From positions 1-49,581 of the forward strand of contig JBGAGQ010000050.1 of assembly GCA_044226625.1 (NCBI GenBank): a stretch of DNA of 49,581 nucleotides, written 5' to 3'. Numbering within the stretch: the first letter of the stretch is position 1; every line of letters starts with the position of its first letter. Of the stretch, positions 1 to 9,356 are shown in pieces. A model generated the notes under the pieces. That model was not told the DNA's origin and did no database searches. It was given only the letters and a program-made list of their open reading frames with translations. Source of the DNA: Thermoanaerobaculia bacterium (GTDB lineage: Bacteria; Acidobacteriota; Thermoanaerobaculia; Multivoradales; UBA5704). The position numbers and the translations under genes were made by a program.

Positions 1-2
1 TT

Positions 3-1208
3 GTCCAGGGCCGCTTGGCTGTAGCGGATCGAGGTGACGTGGCGCCCCTCGCGATTGAAGACGTGGGCGCGGCCTCGCTCGCCGAGGACGATCAGGGTGT
101 CTCGCTCGACGTCGGCGAGCACCTCGTGCGCCGCGGCGCGGGCGAGATCGGCGAGCGCCATTCCGGTCGGCCGATCGCCCTCGGCGCGCCGGATCTCGGC
201 GTGCTGCGTGCGGCGCTCTTGTCCCCGGCGCGCTTTCTCCAGCCGATGGGCGAGCGCTTCGAGAATGCCCTGGATCCGGCGGGGCGCGAGCTCGATCGCG
301 CGAGTCTGCCCCGCGACGTGGGCTGGGCGCTTGGGGTGTCGCGCGGGCTGGCCTTCTAGGCTCCGCTCGACGCTCGCGAGCGCCGTCTGCGCCCAGCGCA
401 CCGCATCGAGCCAGGGGATGTCGCCGAGGCGGTCATACAGCGCTTCGAGTGGCCCACCGCCAGGCGCCGTGCCGAGGACGTTCAGGATCAGGCTGCGGCG
501 ACCCTTCCGGCCGCGTACCGAGAGGATCTGGAACGCGACCGCGAACCCCTCGGCTGCCCCGTTGATCCCCTTGACCCGGAACCATCCGGCGACGACTTGG
601 CCGAGCAGCCGGAAGCCGTCCTCCCGCGTCCGGAACGGCGCGGCGAGGGCGGACGTCAAATCGCTCTCGCCGAGCGTCAGCGCGACGAGCCCCGGCGCGT
701 CGCGAAACAGGGTCTCGACGCGGGGGTCGCGGCGCTCCAGGAGGAGCTGGCCAAAGTCGACGAAGCGGGGAATTCCGGTCGGCCCATACGAGGCGAACAC
801 CTGGCGCGGATCGGAGGCGACGGCGTGGTCGCAATCCGGCGAGCCGCAACGGAGGCAGAACGCCCTCCCCGGCCGAAAGACGCTCCGCCCGCGGACGAGG
901 TCGCCGAGCGCGTCGTCGAGCGCCTCGTCGGCCGAGCGAACCGCGGGACCGAGACGGCCGTCGCGCAGGTCGGACGGTACGCGCAACGCGAGCGGCAACT
1001 CGAGCCCGCGGCCGGCGATCAAGTGGCCCGCGGGATGGCGGGCGATTCGTGCCTCCACCTCGGCGGCGAGCAGGCGGAGCGCCTCGCTCAACCGGTCGGC
1101 GCCCGGTCCGGCGAGGGGCTCCGGGATTGGCCGAGCAGCCGACGCGGCTGCGGAACGATCCGGTGCGGGTTTCGCGGGTGGCAGTGGAGGGGCGTTGGGG
1201 TGAGGCAC
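3..1208 (-). CDS. Hypothetical protein with a CxxC-x4-CxH putative zinc-binding motif (3' end runs off the window)
   Basis: Manual translation of the minus strand from GTG at 1208 is open to the window edge: ...RSVFRPGRAFCLRCGSPDCDHAVASDPRQVF...LIVLGERGRAHVFNREGRHVTSIRYS. It is missing from the ORF track because there is no stop codon in the window. The start is uncertain. Confidence 0.7.
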   Translation of the reverse strand, partial: MPHPNAPPLPPAKPAPDRSAAASAARPIPEPLAGPGADRLSEALRLLAAEVEARIARHPAGHLIAGRGLELPLALRVPSDLRDGRLGPAVRSADEALDDALGDLVRGRSVFRPGRAFCLRCGSPDCDHAVASDPRQVFASYGPTGIPRFVDFGQLLLERRDPRVETLFRDAPGLVALTLGESDLTSALAAPFRTREDGFRLLGQVVAGWFRVKGINGAAEGFAVAFQILSVRGRKGRRSLILNVLGTAPGGGPLEALYDRLGDIPWLDAVRWAQTALASVERSLEGQPARHPKRPAHVAGQTRAIELAPRRIQGILEALAHRLEKARRGQERRTQHAEIRRAEGDRPTGMALADLARAAAHEVLADVERDTLIVLGERGRAHVFNREGRHVTSIRYSQAALD

Positions 1209-1347
1209 GGAAGACTCCGGTGGCGAGTTTCAAGACATCCGGAGGGCCAGTCTATTCCCGGTCGCGCGGTCGGCCGCCGCACCTTGCCTCCCGGGGAAGG
1301 CTCTGGAATCATCGCGGGCCGGTCCAAACTTCCGAAGGAGATCGCTC

Positions 1348-2190
1348 ATGATCCTCGACCGCACCTCTCGAAGCTCCCGCCGGTTCCCGGCTGCCGCACT
1401 GCTCGCCCTCCCCCTGTTCGTCGCGGGTTTCGTCGCGCCGACCGCCGCCCGAGCGGGATTCCACTTCCAAGCCACGACCTCGGTCGAAACCCCGCGCGGA
1501 CCGCAGAAGACGGTGGTCGAAGCCTGGGCCGAGGGCGACAAAGGGCGGGTCGATTTCAAGGAGAGCGCGAATCCGATCGCTCCGGCGGGGACCTACATGC
1601 TCACCCGCGACGGCGGGCGGACGCTCCTTCTGGTGAATCCGGAGGAGAAGGCCTATGGCGAGATCAGCCTCGACGCGATGCTCGGCTCGCTCGGCGCGAT
1701 GATGGGCGGCATGGGGCCGCTGCTCAAGATCGAAGTGTCGAACCCCAAGGTGGACACGCTGCTCGACGAGGACGGTCCTCAGTTGCTCGGCCAGGCCACT
1801 CGGCACGTCAAGTTCCGCACCGCCTACCAGATGAAGGTGAGGGTGTTCGGCATGGGGCGCGCGAGCGACGTCGTCTCCGACGAGGAGTACTGGGTGGCCG
1901 AGTCGCTGCTCGACAAGTCGTTCGGCATGTGGCTCCGGACCGGCCGGCCGAAGACCGGCAACGCCGACCTCGATCGGCTGATCACGGCCGAGGCGGAGAA
2001 GCTGAAGGGCGTTCCGCTCAAGTCGACGACCGTCACCACGACGACGCAGGGGGGCAAGACGCAGACCACCCGGAGCACGATGGAGGTGACCGCGCTCGAC
2101 CGGTTCGAGAAGGCGCCCGTCTCGTTCGACGTTCCGGCCGGCTATGAGAAGCAGGAGATGGCGCCCCAGATCCCAGGGGAGGGCGAGTGA
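1348..2190 (+). CDS. Secreted DUF4412-like protein
   Basis: AAGGAG RBS, signal peptide ending ARA-G, and beta-rich segments typical of DUF4412/LolA-like proteins (LLVNPEEKAYGE, GVPLKS, FDVPAGYEK). Confidence 0.7.
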   Translation: MILDRTSRSSRRFPAAALLALPLFVAGFVAPTAARAGFHFQATTSVETPRGPQKTVVEAWAEGDKGRVDFKESANPIAPAGTYMLTRDGGRTLLLVNPEEKAYGEISLDAMLGSLGAMMGGMGPLLKIEVSNPKVDTLLDEDGPQLLGQATRHVKFRTAYQMKVRVFGMGRASDVVSDEEYWVAESLLDKSFGMWLRTGRPKTGNADLDRLITAEAEKLKGVPLKSTTVTTTTQGGKTQTTRSTMEVTALDRFEKAPVSFDVPAGYEKQEMAPQIPGEGE

Positions 2191-2762
2191 GCGAAATCGG
2201 AAAGCCGGTGCTCGGCCCGATCGTTCCGCTCGGCAGTCGCGAGATCTACGGCGGGCGCACCGTCGTGCTGAAGATCGATTCGGTGCGGATGCCGAACGGG
2301 GTCGAGGTCGACCTCGAGCGGGTCTACCACGTGGGCGCTGCGGCAATCGTGCCGGTGACCGCGCAGGGAGAGGTTCTCCTGGTCCGCCAGGCGCGCTGGG
2401 CGACGGGGGGATGGCTTCTGGAGATCCCCGCCGGCAAGCTCGATCGAACGCCTGGCGGAACGGAAGATCCGGAGCTTTGCGCCGCGCGTGAGCTCGAAGA
2501 GGAGACGGGGCATACGGCGGGTCGCCTCCAGCCACTCGGCTGGATCTGGGCGACCCCGGGCTTCGCCGACGAGAAGGTTTGGCTGTTTCTCGCGACCGAC
2601 TTGGTTCAGACCCGCCAGACGCTCGAGGCGGACGAGGTGCTCCACCTCGAGCGTTTGCCGCTCGAGACGGCGATCGCCCAGGCTCTCTCGGGCGAGATCT
2701 GCGACGCCAAGAGCGTCTGCGGCATCCTGCGCGCGGCGAAACAGCTCGGCCGGCTCGCGTAG
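2187..2762 (+). CDS. nudF: Nudix hydrolase, ADP-ribose pyrophosphatase-like
   Basis: LEIPAGKLD...ELCAARELEEETG Nudix box, TPGFADE and DAKS motifs; GTGA overlap with the upstream gene. Confidence 0.85.
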   Translation: MSEIGKPVLGPIVPLGSREIYGGRTVVLKIDSVRMPNGVEVDLERVYHVGAAAIVPVTAQGEVLLVRQARWATGGWLLEIPAGKLDRTPGGTEDPELCAARELEEETGHTAGRLQPLGWIWATPGFADEKVWLFLATDLVQTRQTLEADEVLHLERLPLETAIAQALSGEICDAKSVCGILRAAKQLGRLA

Positions 2763-2822
2763 AGCGGTGCTGAGTTTTCAGCATCCTGCTTGCGGCCGGG
2801 CGCGGCTTTCGAGACGCGGCTT

Positions 2823-3869
2823 CTAACCCGGCGGCACGTAGCCGACCATCGGGCTCTGGAAACCGCGCGCGCCGGGGCGCTCCAAGATCTCCTCGGTCTC
2901 GAGGATGCGATGCCGCTCGACTCTCTCGGCTCCGTCGGCCAGGAACTCGACGATCCCCTGGCGGCGGAGCCGGTAGCGCTCGGCGCTCGAAAAGTGGACG
3001 ACGAAGCTCTTCCGGGTCCGCCCCGGATCGGCGACCGCCGACCCTCCGTGGAGGAGGGAGGCGTGCCAGAGCAGGACTTCTCCCTTCGGACAGACGAGCG
3101 TCTCGGTCGTCAGGCCCGCCTCCTGGCAGCGATGGCGGTCGTGCTCGGCCATCGCCTCGGCCTCGGCGGGGCCGTAACGGCTCTGGTCGAACAGGAACTC
3201 ACCGGGCGCGAACTGGTAGTACGGGAGCCGATGGGAGCCCGGCACGTAGACCAGCGGTCCACTCGCGGGGTGAATCTCCTCGAGCGCGATCCAGGCTGCC
3301 ACGAGGTGGCTCGGGGGGCGAGTCTGGACGAACACCGGATCGCGATGGAGCGCCTGCTGGCTGCCCCACTGAAAGTAGAGGGACTGGGTGGCGACGGCGG
3401 CCCGCCCGAGGATCCGCTCCACGCGTCGGAAAATCGCGGGCGACAGATAGAGATCGAGCGCCGCCGCCGAGTGCGAGTGGAGGTCGGCGATGCGGTACGA
3501 GGGACGCCGGTCGCGCGCCTCGTCGGCTTCGGCGAAGCTGCGGAGCGGGCCGCTCCAGGCGTAGGCGAGATCGGCCGGTTGCTCCCGCCAGACGCGGTCG
3601 ACGTCCGCCTGGATCGCCGCGGCTTCGCGGCTCACGTCGCCGAGGGAGAAAGTGAGGTAGCCGTTGCGGATGAACCGATCGAGCTCCGCCGCTTCGTCGG
3701 CCGGGACGTCGCCTCGGCGCTCCATCGCCTCCAAACGATGGAGGGCGTCGGGCGCGTCCACCCAGAGGTCGCTCGCGAGCTGGCCCTCGGCGGAGATCGC
3801 CTGAAGCGATCCGGAGGGCGACGGCGAGGGATCGGAGCCGCCCAGCAGGCGGCGGAAAAGGCTCTTCAT
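2823..3869 (-). CDS. Phytanoyl-CoA dioxygenase (PhyH) family Fe(II)/2-oxoglutarate oxygenase
   Basis: QALHRD (HxD), AAWIALE, GPLVYVPGSH, LLWHASLLHGG and RKSFVVHF motifs; ATG overlaps the upstream stop (ATGA). Confidence 0.85.
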   Translation of the reverse strand: MKSLFRRLLGGSDPSPSPSGSLQAISAEGQLASDLWVDAPDALHRLEAMERRGDVPADEAAELDRFIRNGYLTFSLGDVSREAAAIQADVDRVWREQPADLAYAWSGPLRSFAEADEARDRRPSYRIADLHSHSAAALDLYLSPAIFRRVERILGRAAVATQSLYFQWGSQQALHRDPVFVQTRPPSHLVAAWIALEEIHPASGPLVYVPGSHRLPYYQFAPGEFLFDQSRYGPAEAEAMAEHDRHRCQEAGLTTETLVCPKGEVLLWHASLLHGGSAVADPGRTRKSFVVHFSSAERYRLRRQGIVEFLADGAERVERHRILETEEILERPGARGFQSPMVGYVPPG

Positions 3870-5176
3870 CCGTTCTTGGGTACCATCCGATAGACCCGGC
3901 CCTCGAACGTCCCGAGCCAGATCTCGCCGTCGCGGTCTTCGCCGAAGCTCACCACGCTCCAAGCCCGTTCGGGGAGCTGCCGCACCTCGTAGCCCGAGGG
4001 CCCGGGCTTCGCCGCCCAAACCCGGCCCGAGCAGTAGTCGCCGAACAGGTAACGGCCGACGAGGCTCGGGATCTTCCGACCGCGGTAGACGTAGCCGCCG
4101 GTCACCGAGCAGTCGCCGTCGTCGTGGCCATACTCGAGCACCGGGAGGGTGAGGTTCGGGGAGCCGCAGGTGGGAGTGTCCGCCTCGCAAGCGTCGTCGG
4201 CGAAACAGAGGGTGCCCTCCATCGGTTTCCAGCCGAAGTTGACGCCCGCGCCGCGTCCAGCCGGAATCCGATCGACCTCCTCCCGGCGGTTCTGGCCGAC
4301 GTCGCCGATCCACAGATCGCCGGTCTGGCGGTCGAAGCTAAAGCGCCAGGGGTTACGCAGGCCGATCGCCCACGCCTCGTCGGGGAGGCGGTTCTCGCCG
4401 AGATAGGGGTTATCGGGCGGAATCGCATAAGGCCGCCCGCCGGTCGAACGATCGACGTCGATCCGCAGCATCTTGCCGAGCAGGTTCACCCGCCGTTGGG
4501 CGAAGCAGGACGGGTCGCCGGCCGAGCCGCCGTCGCCCATGCCGACGTAGAGATAGCCGTCGGGCCCGAACTGGAGCTGGCCTCCGTTGTGGTTGCTGTA
4601 TGGTTGATCGACCCAGAGCACGCGGACCGCGGAGGCTGGATCGGCCTTGTTGGGGTCGGCCGGCGACCGGCGGTAGCGGGCGACCACGGTGTCCCCGTCG
4701 GGGTCGGTGTAGTTGACGAAGAAGAGGCCGTTCTCGTCGTAGCGCGGATGGAAGGCCATCGACAGCAGGCCCCCTTCCCCCTCTTCGGTCACGTGATCGG
4801 AGATGTCGAGGAACGGCTCGGCGAGAACCTTCCCCTGCGACAGGATGCGGATCGCGCCGTTCCGCTGGACGACGAACAGGCGGTCGTCCCCCTGGGGAGC
4901 GCGCGCCGGCGCGGTGATGTAGATCGGGACCGAGGGAAGGCTCGCGACCTCTTGGAGCGCGACGTCTTCGAGCGGGCCGGCGGAGGTGAACAGCACGTTG
5001 CCCGTGTTCGGCCCGGCGCCGTGGGTTGGCTTCAGGCGCGGCCCCGGCAATGGCGGCTCCGGCCCGCCGCCGCAGGCCGAAAGGACCGCTGCCGCGCTCA
5101 CGACCGCTGCGCCCAGGGCTCGGGATCCGAACCGAGCCGACAGGGGGTGGGCGAGCCCGTGGGACGCGCATACCAT
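3866..5176 (-). CDS. PQQ-dependent sugar dehydrogenase (glucose/sorbosone dehydrogenase family) lipoprotein
   Basis: Lipobox LSAC; GLLSMAFHP, NHNGGQLQFGPDGYLYVGMGDGG, GLRNPWRFSFD, GDVGQN and SFGED motifs. Confidence 0.9.
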   Translation of the reverse strand: MVCASHGLAHPLSARFGSRALGAAVVSAAAVLSACGGGPEPPLPGPRLKPTHGAGPNTGNVLFTSAGPLEDVALQEVASLPSVPIYITAPARAPQGDDRLFVVQRNGAIRILSQGKVLAEPFLDISDHVTEEGEGGLLSMAFHPRYDENGLFFVNYTDPDGDTVVARYRRSPADPNKADPASAVRVLWVDQPYSNHNGGQLQFGPDGYLYVGMGDGGSAGDPSCFAQRRVNLLGKMLRIDVDRSTGGRPYAIPPDNPYLGENRLPDEAWAIGLRNPWRFSFDRQTGDLWIGDVGQNRREEVDRIPAGRGAGVNFGWKPMEGTLCFADDACEADTPTCGSPNLTLPVLEYGHDDGDCSVTGGYVYRGRKIPSLVGRYLFGDYCSGRVWAAKPGPSGYEVRQLPERAWSVVSFGEDRDGEIWLGTFEGRVYRMVPKNG

Positions 5177-5230
5177 AGAGGGTACCGAGCCTATCGCAGT
5201 CCTCCAATCCTCACGACGAAACCACGAGCC

Positions 5231-5659
5231 ATGGCGACGACGATCCGTATCGACGACCGGTTGGAGATCCCCGAGGCGGAAGTCGAGCTCGCGACGGCGC
5301 GCTCCGGCGGACCCGGCGGGCAGAACGTCAACAAGGTGGAGACGCGCGTCCTCCTCCGATTCGACGTCCGAGGCTCGACGGCCTTGAGCCCGGAGCAGAA
5401 GGAGCGCCTGTTCACCCGCCTCCCGACCCGGATCACCCGCGACGGCGTGTTCCACCTCACCGCCCAACGCCACCGGACGCAGGGACAGAACCGAGAGGCG
5501 GCGATCGCCCGCTTCGCGGAGCTGATCGCCGAAGCGCTCGCCGACGAGACCCCGCGCAAGCCGACGCGGCCGTCGCGCGCGGCGAAGGGCCGACGGGTCG
5601 ACGAGAAGAAACGGCGCGGCGAGGTCAAGAGATCGCGGGCGACGGGCGGATGGGAGTAG
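5231..5659 (+). CDS. arfB: Alternative ribosome-rescue factor B (peptidyl-tRNA hydrolase YaeJ)
   Basis: RSGGPGGQNVNKV GGQ motif, RTQGQNR, and a basic C-terminal tail (RKPTRPSRAAKGRRVDEKKRRGEVKRSR). Confidence 0.95.
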   Translation: MATTIRIDDRLEIPEAEVELATARSGGPGGQNVNKVETRVLLRFDVRGSTALSPEQKERLFTRLPTRITRDGVFHLTAQRHRTQGQNREAAIARFAELIAEALADETPRKPTRPSRAAKGRRVDEKKRRGEVKRSRATGGWE

Positions 5660-5687
5660 CATCGTCGCCCGGCCCCTTCGATCGACG

Positions 5688-6374
5688 ATGAAATTCGAGG
5701 ATCTCTTCCCTCCCTTCGAGCGCGAGGCGCTCCGCCTCGCGGTCGCCGACCTCGAGCGGCGGACGACCGCCGAGATCGTGCCGTTCGTCGTGGCGCGGAG
5801 CGATTCCTACACCGGCGCCGCGTGGAAAGGGGCGACGCTCGGCGCGCTCGCCGCCGCGCTCATGGCGGCCGCGCTCCACCGGGCGCTCGACGTCTGGGGG
5901 CTCGATCCGCTGGTCTGGGTCGCCGTTCCGCCGGCCGCGGGCGCCAGTTTGGGCTGGCTCCTCGCGCGTCTGCCGGTCCTCACCCGAGCCCTCACCGGAA
6001 ACGAGCGGATCGACGAGCAGGTCCGCCGACGGGCCGAAGCGGCGTTCCTCGCCGAGAACTTGGCCGCGACCGTGAGCCGCGAAGGGCTCCTCCTGTTCGT
6101 CTCGCTGTTCGAGCGGCGGGTCCTCGTGCTACCCGACATCGGCCTGCGCAAGCGCGTCTCCGCGGCCTCTTGGGACGGCGTCGCCGCCGGGATCGCCGAA
6201 AAGCTCGCCACGGCGGGTCCGGCCGCGGCGCTCGCCGCCGGGGTGACCGCCGCCGGAGTCGTGCTTCGTGCCGCGGGCCTGACGGTCGATTCCGCCGCCG
6301 ACCTCACCTCCCAGATCGCCCCGGTGACGCCCGGTAACGAGCTGCCGGACGAGCTGCGATTGGAGGAGCGGTGA
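5688..6374 (+). CDS. TPM-domain membrane protein
   Basis: AVADLERRTTAEIV, two hydrophobic segments, LLFVSLFERRVLVLPDIG, and C-terminal NELPDE. Confidence 0.85.
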   Translation: MKFEDLFPPFEREALRLAVADLERRTTAEIVPFVVARSDSYTGAAWKGATLGALAAALMAAALHRALDVWGLDPLVWVAVPPAAGASLGWLLARLPVLTRALTGNERIDEQVRRRAEAAFLAENLAATVSREGLLLFVSLFERRVLVLPDIGLRKRVSAASWDGVAAGIAEKLATAGPAAALAAGVTAAGVVLRAAGLTVDSAADLTSQIAPVTPGNELPDELRLEER

Positions 6375-7309
6375 GGAGAATAACGCTCGCCTGCGCCCTG
6401 CTCGCGGCGTCGGTCGCCGGAGCCCGCGCGGACGTTCGCCCGGTGCCGTATCTGTCGGGTCGGGTGGTGGACGAGGCCGCACTCCTTTCGCCGGAGACGC
6501 GCACCGCGCTCGAGGGGAAGCTCGCGGCGCTCGAGAAAGAGACGAAGGCACAGGTCGCCGTGCTCACCGTGGCGAGCCTCGGCGGCGAGCCGATCGAGGA
6601 TTTCTCGAACCGGGTCGCGGAGATCTGGAAGCTGGGGGAGGCGCAGCGCGACGACGGTGTTCTGTTCGTGATCGCTCGGGACGACCGGAAGATGCGCATC
6701 GAGGTGGGCTACGGCTTGGAGCCGAAGCTCACCGACATCCGGAGTCGGCGGATCCTCGACGACCTCGTGCGCCCCAAGTTTCGTTCCGGCGACTATGGGG
6801 CAGGCATCGAAGCGGGAGTCGACGCGATCGGGGCCGAGCTACGGGGCGAGGAACCACCTGCCGCGCCGCCGCCCGCGCCATCGCGACCGCTCGGCTGGGC
6901 TCCCCGCCTCGTCGTCGGCGGGATGCTCCTCGTCCTGGTACTGGTCTTCGGATTCGCGGGCACCCTCGCCCCGGGATGCGTCGCCTGGATCGTCTATCTG
7001 GTGGTCACGCCGTTCGTCGCGATTCTCAGCGCGGTCGCGGCGACGCCAGAGATCGCTCTCGGCCTGACGGCGCTGTGGCTGATCGGCTATCCGATCTACC
7101 GAATCTACCTCCGGCGCTCGGGCAAGCTGCCGAAACCCGCGATCGGGACCTTGCGCGGCTCGAAGGGGAGCCGCGGCTGGATCTTCGATTCCGGCAGCTC
7201 GAGCTCGTCTTCGAGCTCTTCCAGCTCCTCGTCCTGGTCCTCGTCGTCGTCGAGCTTTTCGGGCGGGGGAGGGAGCTTCGGGGGCGGGGGCTCGTCGAGC
7301 AGTTGGTAG
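6371..7309 (+). CDS. TPM-domain (YgcG-like) membrane protein
   Basis: Signal peptide, GRVVDEAALLS, DDGVLFVIARDDRKMRIEVGYGLE, TM helices, and a Ser/Gly tail ending FSGGGGSFGGGGSSSSW. Confidence 0.9.
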   Translation: MRRITLACALLAASVAGARADVRPVPYLSGRVVDEAALLSPETRTALEGKLAALEKETKAQVAVLTVASLGGEPIEDFSNRVAEIWKLGEAQRDDGVLFVIARDDRKMRIEVGYGLEPKLTDIRSRRILDDLVRPKFRSGDYGAGIEAGVDAIGAELRGEEPPAAPPPAPSRPLGWAPRLVVGGMLLVLVLVFGFAGTLAPGCVAWIVYLVVTPFVAILSAVAATPEIALGLTALWLIGYPIYRIYLRRSGKLPKPAIGTLRGSKGSRGWIFDSGSSSSSSSSSSSSSWSSSSSSFSGGGGSFGGGGSSSSW

Positions 7310-7362
7310 AAGACGCGAGCCAGGTCGGAGTCGACGGCTTCGCAGGAATCTCGGCGGAATTC

Positions 7363-7431
7363 GTAGGGGCGGAGCTTGCCTCCGCCCGCGGGTCCGAGGC
7401 CATCGCGGGCGGAGGCAAGCCCCGCCCCTAT
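7363..7431. repeat. Inverted pair of GTAG-type REP sequences (REPIN-like)
   Basis: GTAGGGGCGGAGCTTGCCTCCGCCCGCG (7363-7390) and CGCGGGCGGAGGCAAGCCCCGCCCCTAT (7404-7431) are reverse complements at 26 of 28 positions. Each arm is internally palindromic. The pair lies between convergent genes. Confidence 0.8.
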
Positions 7432-7461
7432 GTCGACGGGTGTGGAGGGGCGAAGCGGGCG

Positions 7462-8418
7462 CTAGTAGCGCCGACCTCCGTCACGGATCGCGTCGAAATC
7501 GTTGAGGTCGAAGACCCGACGAAACTCGTCCGATTCGACGATCGTCCGCACGACGGTGTGGTAACCGTCACGCCGGAGCGCCGAGACGTTGTTCCAGAAG
7601 CCGCGATCCGAGGCGATCTGGCCACGGTCCCGCTTCAAGAGCACGAGGTAGAGCCGGCGGACGGTATCCTCCGGATCGAGCGCGATCCGCCGCCGCTCGA
7701 CCGAGTACGAGAGTTCGTCGGCGTACCGGCGCACTCCGCGATACCCCTCCTCGTAGATCTCGTCGACCCGGTCGCCGTCGCGGCTCGGGTCGAACCGCGA
7801 GTCGAGGATCCCCTCGATCAGGGCACGGGTGACCACGCGGGCCTTCTCGCGCCGACTCGAGTTGTCGCGGTCGTACCGGTCGTGACGATCGCCGCGATCG
7901 TCGCCCTCAGCACGGAGGCGGGCGTCGAGCGTGATCCGACCGCTGGTGAAGCCGCCGCGCATGTCGTAGCCGCTGCGGACGCGGAAGCCGATCTGGCCCG
8001 CGATGCCCCGCGCGTCGCGATCGACCGCCACCTCGACCCAGTTGCTGCCGGTGCGCAGGATCGACAGGTCGCGCCCGGCTTCGATGTCGAACCGCGCGGC
8101 GACCGGTACCTCCTCGCCTTCGCCGTTGAACAGGCCGGTGCCGACGAGGGTGAGCCGCAGCCGCTCTCCGGGCCAGACCTGCACGGCCTCGTTTTCGGGC
8201 GCGACGCCGAAGCGCTGCTCGCGGCTCGAGCCGAACGGATCGGCCCACACCTGGATGGCGATCACTTTCGTGGCGCCGGTTTCAACCGAGTGCGACCGGT
8301 CGCGATTCCAGGAACGCTCCCGGGCGACCCCTTGGGCGACGACGGGCAGCGCGAGCGCGAAGGCGAGCGCGCCGACCGAGAAAATTCGATTCGTGAAGCG
8401 GTTGACGATACGGTTCAT
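7462..8418 (-). CDS. Secreted protein: unknown beta-rich N-terminal domain plus C-terminal DUF4214-like helical region
   Basis: AGGAGG RBS and signal peptide. The N-domain is paralogous to 9357-9830. C-terminal VRRLYLVLLKRD...GFWNNVSALRRDGYHTVVRTIVESDEF resembles the DUF4214/phycobilisome-linker pattern. Confidence 0.7.
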   Translation of the reverse strand: MNRIVNRFTNRIFSVGALAFALALPVVAQGVARERSWNRDRSHSVETGATKVIAIQVWADPFGSSREQRFGVAPENEAVQVWPGERLRLTLVGTGLFNGEGEEVPVAARFDIEAGRDLSILRTGSNWVEVAVDRDARGIAGQIGFRVRSGYDMRGGFTSGRITLDARLRAEGDDRGDRHDRYDRDNSSRREKARVVTRALIEGILDSRFDPSRDGDRVDEIYEEGYRGVRRYADELSYSVERRRIALDPEDTVRRLYLVLLKRDRGQIASDRGFWNNVSALRRDGYHTVVRTIVESDEFRRVFDLNDFDAIRDGGRRY

Positions 8419-8496
8419 GGTCATTCCTCCTTCTCAACGGATCCGCGACGGATCGCGCGGGCTTCCGCGCGTCGATCGGTGACGCACGGAGCCTAG

Positions 8497-8512
8497 TGCA
8501 AGGTCGCGGCCA
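8497..8512 (-). promoter_or_regulatory. Sigma54 (-24/-12) promoter candidate
   Basis: TGGCCGCGACCTTGCA has exact GG-N10-GC spacing and lies about 80 bp upstream of the 8418 start. Confidence 0.65.
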
Positions 8513-8639
8513 ACTCGAATTCCGGTAGAGAGATCCGCCGGAGGGCGGAAAATCGTTCCGCTTCGTCCTCAGAAGTGGACGCACTTTGCAGGAGGGATTT
8601 GATCGCCGGGACGGGTCTGTCGGATGATCCGCAGCCGAC

Positions 8640-9320
8640 ATGACCCGCCGCGAAAAAGCCGCCCGCATCCAGACGATCCTGGACGAGCTTTACCCCGAGA
8701 TGGCGATCCCGCTCGATCACGTCGATCCGTTCACCCTACTGGTGGCGGTGGTCCTCTCGGCACAGACCACCGACAAGCTGGTGAACACGGTGACGCCCGA
8801 GCTGTTCGCCCGGGCTCGTACGCCGGCCGCGATGGCCGCTCTTCCGGTCGATGAGATCCAACATCTGATCCGCCGGATCGGCCTCGCGCCGACCAAGGCG
8901 AAGAACCTCAAACGCCTGTCCGAGCTACTCGTCGAGCGGCACGGCGGGGTCGTTCCCCGCACGTTCGAGGAGCTGGAGGCGCTTCCCGGCGTCGGTCACA
9001 AGACGGCGTCGGTGGTCATGGATCAGGGTTTCGGGCTGCCGGCCTTCGCCGTCGATACGCACATCCATCGGCTCGCAGCCCGCTGGGGGCTTTCGGACGG
9101 ATCGAATGTGGAGCGGACCGAAGCGGATTTGAAAGCGCTCTTCCCCAAGGAGAGCTGGGGAAGGGTCCATCTGCAGATCATCTATTTCGGCCGCGAGCGC
9201 TGCCCCGCGCTGCGCCACGACATGGACGCCTGCCCGATCTGCTCCTGGGCGGCGAGCGGGCGGCGCAAGGCGGAGGAGCTGAAGAAGAAGGCGGTCCGCC
9301 GCGCCGGAACGCGCGATTGA
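8640..9320 (+). CDS. nth: Endonuclease III
   Basis: LLVAVVLSAQTTD, HhH motif LPGVGHKTA, AVDTHIHR, and C-terminal Cys cluster CPALRHDMDACPIC. Confidence 0.95.
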   Translation: MTRREKAARIQTILDELYPEMAIPLDHVDPFTLLVAVVLSAQTTDKLVNTVTPELFARARTPAAMAALPVDEIQHLIRRIGLAPTKAKNLKRLSELLVERHGGVVPRTFEELEALPGVGHKTASVVMDQGFGLPAFAVDTHIHRLAARWGLSDGSNVERTEADLKALFPKESWGRVHLQIIYFGRERCPALRHDMDACPICSWAASGRRKAEELKKKAVRRAGTRD

Positions 9321-9356
9321 GACGCGTTCCGGCTTCGGCGGACCCTCTTCCACCCG

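Noticed and set aside
7195-7306. Poly-Ser/Gly low-complexity tract
   Set aside because: This is the normal C-terminal tail of YgcG-type TPM proteins and uses mixed codons, so it is not a DNA repeat.
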